Source of the DNA: Epiperipatus broadwayi
Lineage: Eukaryota; Animalia; Onychophora
Reading direction: 5' to 3'
Assembly: GCA_028023455.1 (NCBI GenBank)
Contig: JAQFVV010000005.1
Coordinates: forward strand, 17,174,001 to 17,238,000
DNA length: 64,000 nt
Shown here: piece by piece, positions 55,501-64,000 of the stretch
How the letters are laid out: each line of letters starts with the position of its first letter
How positions within the stretch are numbered: position 1 is the stretch's first letter
Translations under genes and position numbers: made by a program
Notes under the pieces: generated by a model
Seen by the model: only the letters and a program-made list of their open reading frames with translations
The model's database searches: none
What the model was told of the DNA's origin: nothing

Positions 55501-57059
55501 AATAAAATTAAATGCTCAGGAGTTTATAAGAAGTTTGAGCACTCTGTGGCCCTTGAGTTCTACAGTCCACTACAGCACTAAATCATGTAGAGAAATAGGG
55601 CTAAAACAAGCCCATATGATAGTTTTTTTTTCATATTTATTGCAACAAGCTTTCAGGTTGTTTTAATTTGTCAGTTATTTACTTTCATTATATCTCACAT
55701 ATTAATAAAAACGAATGGAATCTATTTAATTATTGTCTACACAACAGATTGCTGTTATTCTATTGGTTTATTTAAGCACAAAGGCTGTTATTTACATAGA
55801 ATAATCAGTTAGATTTCATACTTATGGTTTAATATATATGATTTAAATCTTCATAGATGCTTGAAAGTATTATATTGTCTTAACATTTTTTTTTAATATT
55901 TTAATTATTATAATATTTCATTATATGTTTTTTTAAAAGTATATATACTGCATTCATCATGGCAATGATAGAACATAGCTATATTAAAAAAGATTATAAT
56001 ATTTGCTTTTTCATTTCAAATAATGATTAAAATTGTATAAATTGTCCACACCCTTCTTGTTAATAATAGTTTGATAAAATGTGCAAATTTTTTAAAATTA
56101 AAATAATATTATCTTAAACTAATACACAAAAATTATTAATGCAATAAAAGAAACACTTAAGGAAGACATAATAAACCACTAATTTTAACAAACTAAATCT
56201 TCTAAAACCAATGGGATATCAACTGTTAGGAATGGATATTTTATAAGCAGATTTTTATTTTATTTTGTACAGCTTACCAAATTAATGTTACTTTTCAAAT
56301 CTGTCTGTTTTTAAGTTATTTTAGGGCACTGCCAATATGTAAAAAAATAAATACTTATAGAAGTGATTTAAATAATTTATAAAGTGCCCAGAAATGTAAT
56401 GTTAAAAAAAAAATCAATTATAAAAAACAATTTTTATGCTTGATTGAAATATAAATATATATTTTAATAAAAACAATTGTAAAATATAACATTGTTTAAA
56501 AGTATTCTTGACCAATATAATTTCCCATAACTGGTGCTATGATTGTGTTCTATGTGTGCACTGCATGTACAAGGGTCCATATAAAAGTTAAATTATCAAT
56601 CAGTCAGATAAAAGACATTTAAATTTAGAATTCCATGTCATTAAATTTTTGAATGATCTTTTGATTATATTAAAAATAAAAACCCTGATTTTTAAAAGTA
56701 AACTTTGAAAGTTTAATTCAAAAATATTTTAAATATAAGTACACTTAGGTTATAGGTATTATAAAATAAAGTTCATTTTTAATTTTTCATAAATGTGATA
56801 ACTACTGTATATTAAAAAAAAAAAACAACATAAAAATATGAAATCAAAATATATATAAATAGTAAAATGACAGATCTATTTTCTAAAAGTAAATAATTTT
56901 TCAATTAACAAAAATTATTTATGTAAATTTTAGATGGACCCTTAGTAAAAATTAACTCTTTTCAAATAAAATTCATCATCTAAGGCATTCTTTGAACTTA
57001 GAAATAATTTGCATTTTAAGAATGCGAATCTGTGAACGGATGACAAAAGATAGACATTA

Positions 57060-57239
57060 CTACCGAGTAAATTTTTTAAGAAAATTCTTCCCCTTTAACA
57101 GCAAACTTTTCTTTCGTTCAGCCTTTTTGATGTCCTGGTCAGGTGATGAATCACGTGACCCACTCCCAGGGCTGGAGCGGCCATTTTGCCACTGCACATT
57201 CTTGTTAACTGCTTTAACGGGTGTCTCAGCCTCCTGGGG
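57060..57239 (-). CDS. RIMBP2: RIMS-binding protein terminal coding exon (PQEAETPVK...KKAERKKSLLLKGKNFLKKFTR*)
   Basis: Minus-strand cttatttag acceptor; phase 0; 180 nt open to TAG. The basic tail resembles the KKGLLSKGKKLLK-type C-terminus that I recall for RIM-BP isoforms. Confidence 0.78.
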   Translation of the reverse strand, partial: PQEAETPVKAVNKNVQWQNGRSSPGSGSRDSSPDQDIKKAERKKSLLLKGKNFLKKFTR

Positions 57240-58275
57240 CTAAATAAGAAAATGTTGTTATATATTCAGTCACATGACCATATGACTCACCAGAACAAAT
57301 GACACCGAACATGCACCATTGATTTACAGCATGGGAAATTTTGAGAAAGTTTAGGTTGAAATATGGGTAAAACTGAGAGGGTAAATAAAATTTAGTAAAT
57401 ATATTTTTGATTGAATTTTAAAAATTGGAGAACATTTTTATGAAAATTATTCAGTATATATTCTCTGAATCATCTATTAGGAAATAAAGCAAAGTGCAAA
57501 ATTATAAAAGGAACTGCATTATTTGAATTATCTTACTTTGCAAATGATGCAGTTTATTTTTTTAAAAATATAATAAAAATTGAAATTATTTTGGTATTAC
57601 AATATCAGACAGGTTTTAAAATGTACATATTAACAATGAATAATGTACATGTTTTGGGTACAAAATGCATCTGCATACTAAGTTGACCTAATATTGTATA
57701 GTAATTAAATAAAACTTCCATTTGTGTGATGAAACAAAATGCATTTTTCTGTAAATACACAATTATTTTGACCTGATTTTGCTTTATGTAATATTTCAGC
57801 TCCAACACACTTATTTCCAATAACCTCTCAGCAGAACCCACTGAAGAATAATATCGAAGAAAGAGCAACAGTTGACTTTCATAACGTTAAACATTTGGTA
57901 TCAAAGTATCTGAGACATGCTTCCCCATCTAAAGGGTGAAAATTTATTAACATCACAATGAGATCACAAAAGAAAACAAAAGCAAGCAAACAAAAGAAAA
58001 ATAACATAAAGATAACAGTTTCAGAAAGTAAAATAAAATAAAAAAAATATACAAATCATTTAAACATTGTAATAGGAGTATTTTATATTAATGTATATAT
58101 GTTAATTTGTATACAGTTATAACAGGAGGAGTAGATTAACTAATAGCAGTAATAGTTCTCATGTTTAATTGTTTATTTATGTTTTGAAACTGTATTAAAA
58201 CAAATTTTTCACTTATAAATTAACCAAATGTTTTTTATATAAACTATTAAATAGAAGGATTTACTAAAATTTATA

Positions 58276-58512
58276 GTAATATTTACTGAGGCTATAACCT
58301 CGATAATATGAGTATAAAAATGCGATAGTAGGGACCTCTACAGGTGTTTTAACCACAAGCTTACACTATAGAAGAAAAGAGGGGAACCCTTCTTTACTTC
58401 AGCCTACTTTCTATTTAAATAGGTGAAGCTTGTGGTTAAAACACCTGTAGAAGTCCCTACTATCGCATTTTTATACACATATTATCGAGGTTATAACCTC
58501 AGTAAATATTAC
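58276..58512. mobile_element. Fold-back MITE, 237 bp, with TIRs of about 95 bp
   Basis: gtaatatttactgaggctataacctcgataatatg...acaggtgttttaaccacaagctt and its reverse complement, with about 4 mismatches; related to 7669-8286. Confidence 0.85.
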
Positions 58513-59506
58513 TTACGTAATCAATGTGCGTTTAATAAATTTATAATTAAAATTTATAGTTTAACAAGATAAAAATTAAAACATCAGAGTTCATCTCTGT
58601 TTGGTTGCCAGTTATATAATTTATTTAATTATAAAATATTTGACTAGAAATTAAAAAGTTATTTAAATAATCCAGAGTTTTAAAATTATCAGAATAACTT
58701 CTCGGCCCAAAAAGAAATTTAGACTGCTGAAATCATATAATAATCTGTTTATGTAAGCTTATAATTGTTTATCACTTCTTCAACTATGTACATGTAAGAT
58801 ATATTTTATAAAATATTTATATTTTTATTTAATAATTACTAGGGTGTGTGAATTAATAGTTGTACATTATTGTTAATTACAATTTCTTATTTGTTTTTTA
58901 CAAAGAGAAATTAATATTCATTCAATGAGCAAATATTTTAATGGAGGATTGTTACCCCTATTACAATGCATTTGTAAACAAATATTAAACGCAAAGTTTC
59001 TTTTTTTTTATTCTTTCGCATTGAGACAATAGCAAAACACTGCTTCTCAGGCTAACAATAAAAAAAATAAAAGATTAAAATAATAAAAGAAAAAAAAAGA
59101 AAAACTGAAACAAATAAAACGAACGTGACGTTTGTTATAATACAGCATTCATTTTGGGCAAATACACATTACAAAATTAACAATAATATTATTTACAATA
59201 TTTATAAAGCCTAAAAGAATTGTTAAATTAAGAAATAAAACATTTACGTGTATTTACAACACAGAATTAACATTAAAAATAAAATTAACGATGGCACGTA
59301 AGTGAAGGGTGGAACATTTTGATATATCATCTTTAAAATAACTCTCTAGTGACAAAAAATGTTTGAATAATCTTACAATAAATATATTAAAGACAGGGGA
59401 AATATATGAATTGTAAAGGTTCTAAAATGATGTCATAAGATTGAGCTGCCTGAGAAACAAGTTCTGTTATTGTTGACATTTCCATTTCCCCTCATCTCCG
59501 ACTCAC

Positions 59507-59761
59507 TTTCGCAGAAACATTGTCTTGCTTCTGTTGTTGCTGAGGCTGTGGTTTGGGTGCTGTGCCACTACCACTGGTACTGCTGGCATTGGCTGCCACC
59601 AAAGCATTGCCATATTCAAGCTCAAGATCAGGGGGTGCTGGGGTCAAAAAATTGGATGGGACAAGGCCACGAATTCCATTAACCTCACCCATATAAAAAC
59701 CATCTTCATCCATGTCTCCAAATATATAGACAATATCCCCTGTCTGAAACGATAGCTCTAC
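59507..59761 (-). CDS. RIMBP2: RIMS-binding protein exon with the last SH3 domain ([39 protein letters not shown]...NVSAK)
   Basis: Minus-strand tgtttttag acceptor and gtgagt donor; 255 nt, phase 0/0. [22 protein letters not shown] is characteristic of RIM-BP SH3 domains. Confidence 0.88.
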
Positions 59762-59999
59762 CTAAAAACATATAAGAACAAAGAATATAGCAGAAAGTTT
59801 TAAATAATAGTAAATATAAAGAGGATTATAATTACTACAACACAGATTTATGAACAAAAGCTATTTTACTAAACAATTGTGTATTTTAAATGTAAGAATT
59901 TTTATTTAATAATGACTGATGTAAAATGACTTCTTAGAGTAAATCAGAAAATTTTGAATGTAAGTCTAATGCCCAAAATTCTGTTAGACAAATTAAACA

Positions 60000-61070
60000 T
60001 TCTCTTCCTTTAAAAACACACTGCTGCAAATCTATTACTTCCCAACTATAAACCTCTTCCGATTTCCAAATTATTCTTACAGCTCTAATACATTTTCTTT
60101 TATATTATTTTACTAGAACCTTTTTCCTATTCTAATCATAAAAAATCTAGGCAAAACAAAGTCTATTTCTTTTGCTCATTTCATCTCTGTTCTTTCCACT
60201 CTACATACATTTCCCTGATTCTCTTTCGTCAACTTACACTTCATAAGTAAACATTCTATAATCTTCCTTCTATCTTCATATAAACCACATCTACAAATCA
60301 AATTCTTATCAAATTTTTGCATTAAATACATTTGTAATGTTTTATCATTTTTATACATGTATATTTTAATTAAGTAATTTATTTTAATCATATTTATGAT
60401 AATTCTATTTTTCTCTAACAAACATCTTCTACACTATCTATCATAATTCTGTACCTATTCTCTTCACATTCCTTATATTAACACAATGATGCATATTGTA
60501 AAACCTTTCTAGTCACCATACCTATTTTCCCCATTATATAATTCAACCAAACATTTTTTTTTTAGGAATCTATTTTATATTCATATATTGTAGACTTCCA
60601 AATGTTTTTAATTTCCGTCATTAAAAAAAAGCGCACTCTATTTCCTAATGAATAACTTTATTTATGAATTATATCTAAAGATGCTTGAATCTTCTAGCAA
60701 ATATTAAATCAGCAGTCATTGCTCCTCAAATTATTATAGGTATCACATTTGTTGAATATGACATTATTTTTTGATTTATTCCATTTCCCAATGACAAATA
60801 TTTGCACTCCTACATGTCTTCGAATTAAATATTTTCTATCCCCCAGTTTTATACTTCCCATTATTTAGTAATATAATTTTTCTTTATTAAATTTAAATAT
60901 ATTTCCTTCCATCTTTGTATAATTTTATAACAACAGCACCATATAATGTTTTTTTTTTTTAAAAAAAATCTATATTATGGATTCTACTGGTTCTCATTAT
61001 AGAAATTAACATTCCTATTGATAACAATGTTCATAGAGTCAGTGCCCTATAGGATGAAGCTTCTATCCAT
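60000..61070 (-). mobile_element. Degenerate non-LTR retrotransposon fragment
   Basis: SSYRALTL (compare YRPISL) near 61040, a KYL-like motif near 60800, and a decayed knuckle CRCGLYE...LLMKC in ORF 60176-60421. Confidence 0.4.
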
Positions 61071-61426
61071 ATACCAATTAAGCAAAAAAAAACAAACAAA
61101 CTAAAAAGATAAAAAAAAAAGGTTGGAGAGGTGTGGAAGTTGTCTATAAAAGAAATATTACGCATGGGAGAAAGAGAAACGTAAATAGCCATGTATGTGT
61201 GTGTGGGATGAAAATCAGATATATTAATCTTTAACTGGATTAAAGTTTATATCTGTGCTAGAGAAAATCTCTAGTTTAATAAATGTTTAGTAATAATCAT
61301 TACGTGTTTATCAAAAAGTTGATAATGTAAAAGTTGGGAGAGGAATAAATTGATACTTGAATATAAAATGAGACAATTTGCTCTACATAAATACTTTTCA
61401 TGTAATAAAGATATATATGAGGGATG

Positions 61427-61483
61427 ATGACCTGGGCCAACTGATGAGTGCTGGTTCAGCACGAAATGCATCTTGGGGGTCAT
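61427..61483 (+). ncRNA. Type I minimal hammerhead ribozyme HHR1 (AUC; predicted cleavage after 61472)
   Basis: Stem I AUGACCU-[GGG bulge]-CCAA / UUGG-GGGUCAU. Core CUGAUGA. Stem II GUGCUG-GUU-CAGCAC. GAAA. Palindromic stem III AUGCAU, then C17. All invariant core positions are intact. Confidence 0.85.
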
Positions 61484-61492
61484 TTGTCTTAT

Positions 61493-62532
61493 AAACTCTT
61501 CCAACAGTCCGAGTAGATGGTAGATCCAGACTTGATGTTCTCACGGATGGCGTCGAAGGGTGGCTGCTGAGTGACAGGGGACAGCAGTTGCGAAACATTC
61601 GCCTGTCTCCTGGCACACGCCTCCGAAGATCCACTGCTGCAGGAGGATCCTTTCCTGGTGGTTCTTTCGTGGGAGAAAAGCGTCTCATCTACCTCCATGA
61701 TGAGTCCAGGTCCGCCTATTTGGTGGCAGGGGCAGGACAACAGGCTCAGCTGGCATGCAACGCTCAGTTGGTCTCTACTCCATAAATATACGAGCCGCAA
61801 CATTTTCACAAAGCACATTTTAGAGCCCTCAAACCATGTATCCTTGCGAATAGACATGGTTCGCCTGCAGGCACACGAGTAGCATACAACTGCCAAGTCC
61901 GCTGTGTAAGCTTCATCAATTTGCCACATTCACATGTAATGGCACGTGGCAGGAGGTTTTGGGCTTGCAGAAACGTAACTGCATCACATTCTCTATTTGG
62001 GACATCCCACAATTGCAATAGTGTTAGCCATTTTGTAATTTTTTTGTTACTCTCGTCCAAGTCGCGACAGAAACTGGACTTTTTCGCCAACAACTACAAT
62101 CGTCTGAGAGACCTTTACTTTTTTTTTTTTTTTAAAAAAAAAAAAGCTTTGACAAATATCAGTAATACACTGATAATTATTAGTACGCAAAAAGATGTCA
62201 GTTGGGAAATACAGAAAACCATAAACATCAACAAACAAGCAGTTGAAAAACATTCCACTGCACACAATCTCATATTAAATTCGAGCTAAAATACAAATTT
62301 TGTCAATAAGCATCGGAATTAATGCCGCTATGAAATGGCTCATAGTGTTGTTAGTAGATGTAGGGTTAGGATGCTGAAGGATTGGCCGCGTTTATAACCA
62401 CTACATCTTTAAGCGGCTAATACTATTGCAGTCGTGTATTAGCCATAGGTTTGGCCGTGAAAGCAGTATTTCTGTGTTTTTACACAGAAACAGCACCACC
62501 ATGTTCTGTACAGTGAATAATTTACAACTACC
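61493..62532 (-). mobile_element. Merlin (IS1016/IS1595-like) DDE transposase fragment, frameshifted and 3'-truncated
   Basis: AVTFLQAQNLLPRAITCECGKLMKL; SIRKDTWFEGS; IGGPGLIMEVDETLF (first catalytic D); IRENIKSGSTIYSDCWKSL (second catalytic D). The third catalytic residue region is absent. Confidence 0.88.
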
Positions 62533-62553
62533 TAAAGATATATATGAGGGATG

Positions 62554-62610
62554 ATGACCTGGGCCAACTGATGAGTGCTGGTTCAGCACGAAATGAATCT
62601 TGGGCGTCAT
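62554..62610 (+). ncRNA. Type I hammerhead HHR2 (predicted cleavage after 62599)
   Basis: Core and stem II are identical to HHR1. Stem III is AUGAAU (palindrome broken) and distal stem I has one C-C mismatch. Confidence 0.75.
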
Positions 62611-62909
62611 TTGTCTTTTATTGTATCTTTATTTATATGAAATTTATGAAAAAAAAAAAAGGTTGGAGAGGTGTGGAAGTTATCCATCTATAAAACTAAA
62701 AGATGTTTCAAATTTTTCATAAAGAATCAAAACATGAAAATAAAATATAATTATGATAGCTCATTCACTAAAATATAATAAAGATAATAATTACAGCCTT
62801 TTTTTTTTTTTAATAGGCTTCCCTGATTAAATTAAAATAGAAAAAATGAATGCTTCAATTAGATTTTATTGTTAAAAGTAATTTCAAAAATTATAGGTAC
62901 ATTAATGTT

Positions 62910-63620
62910 CTATGTATATATAACATAGGGAATTTGAACACAGACTTTCAAGCTTCCTTTTGCCATTATTCTATCTCATGTAACCGATACACATGAAAAA
63001 GATAAATGGTCCAGATCATCATCTTCCACACATATGTATAAGACATATATTGGAGATCATTTATCTTTTTCATGTGTGTGATCATGTGTATTGATTGTAT
63101 GAGATAGAGTGGATGGCTGAAGGGAACTTGAAAGTCTGTATTCAAATTTCTCTATATTACATCTAGATTCCAGGTATATAAAATATACTTGTATTTAAAA
63201 TATTATAAAATTCAGCCTGTATCCCGTCCATTCCTCTTCTGTGTTAAAAGTGGACAAGGTCCTACACATGAAGAGTCAGAGTGACTTAAAGTCAACATGG
63301 GTATGACAGTATTAGCATTAACAAGGGATTTGGGAATACCACCATCAGATTTTCAATGGTATGGATGGCTGAAGAGTTAGAAGGTGGAGTATGTGATTAT
63401 ATATATGTGTGGGAGCTTATGATCTAGACCAACTGAAGAGTGCTGGTTCAGCATGAAATACATATATTGGAGATCATTTATGTTTTTCACATATGTGTGG
63501 TCATATGTATCAGTTGTATGAGATAGCATGAATGGCTGAAGGGAGCTTGAAAATCTGTGTTCAAATCCCCTATATTACATCTAGACTCCAGGCATATAAA
63601 ATATGCTTGTATGTCTATTT
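62910..63620 (+). mobile_element. Penelope-like or retrozyme-like non-autonomous element: inverted partial repeat, 5'-truncated direct repeat, spacer, then repeat containing HHR3
   Basis: 63043-63200 is similar to 63460-63620 (direct), and 62910-63040 is an inverted copy of the same unit. This layout resembles Penelope pseudo-LTR insertions. Confidence 0.6.
63419..63477 (+). ncRNA. Type I hammerhead HHR3 (AUA; predicted cleavage after 63466)
   Basis: Stem I AUGAUCU-[AGA bulge]-CCAA / UUGG-AGAUCAU. Core CUGAAGA. Stem II GUGCUG-GUU-CAGCAU with a G-U closing pair. GAAA. Stem III AUA-CA-UAU, then A17. Confidence 0.72.
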
Positions 63621-64000
63621 TTATTATTAACAATGTGTACACTGGATTAATTTTTAAATCAAAGCATATACATGGATATATGTATATGTTAAGATGTCTA
63701 TACTGCATATATACTGAAAATAAAATATCATAAGCAAAATGTGAGTTATTATTCACATAATTAATTTTCTAATCATTTCAATTACATATATGATCAATTT
63801 AAATAGTTTTAAATATTTTAATTAATAATAAAAAATTGAAATCATGTTTTTCGTCCCTTCATTGGGAAAGTCATCTGATTTCAATGTATATATTTAATTA
63901 AAATATTTTAAAGTGTTTAAATTAATAAGAAGTATAATTAAAATGATCAGAAAATTCATTAAGTAGATGGAAGATTTTTTAGAAAACAAAAAGGTTTTAC

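Noticed and set aside
2810-56000. Most remaining 60-100 aa ORFs in the track
   Set aside because: They have low-complexity I/F/L/K/N composition typical of random AT-rich frames or antisense LINE relics, with no splice or homology support.
57880-57940. Possible alternative RIM-BP terminal exons (MGKHVSDTLIPNV* after cccttttag-like AG; also one near 59050)
   Set aside because: They are short and lack homology; AG sites are abundant in AT-rich introns.
61398-62289. ORFs on the + strand or in alternative frames (61398-61688, 61571-61882, 61588-61785, 61921-62289)
   Set aside because: They are shadow frames of the GC-rich Merlin fragment with no recognisable domains.
1-64000. CRISPR arrays, rRNA or intact tRNA genes
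   Set aside because: None seen. This is eukaryotic context, and the tRNA-like boxes are SINE heads without full cloverleafs.
59762-64000. Further upstream RIM-BP exon (expected LYDYDP-type SH3 start)
   Set aside because: Not found by eye; the intron probably extends beyond the window.

Overview
AT-rich, intron-rich eukaryotic DNA, probably an invertebrate such as an arthropod (inferred from composition and repeat content). Two genes converge. On the + strand are the last 10 coding exons of PRP19/PRPF19 (561-46434; end of the coiled coil plus the WD40 propeller; all introns GT-AG and in phase; the U-box exons lie upstream of the window). On the - strand are the last two coding exons of a RIMS-binding protein (59761-59507 with the final SH3 domain, and 57239-57060). 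The introns hold mostly decayed mobile elements: RTE-type and other LINEs, tRNA-derived SINEs, a mariner remnant, pogo-like and hAT/Buster MITEs, fold-back MITEs, an LTR with polypurine tract nested in a TIR element, a possible BEL/Pao fragment and a Merlin transposase fragment. The most notable unannotated feature is a cluster of three minimal type I hammerhead ribozymes (61427-63477) in the RIM-BP intron, antisense to that gene and arranged like Penelope pseudo-LTRs or retrozymes. Two of them bracket the Merlin fragment, and the related copies lying sense to host transcripts have damaged or deleted cores. All calls were made by eye, without database searches.
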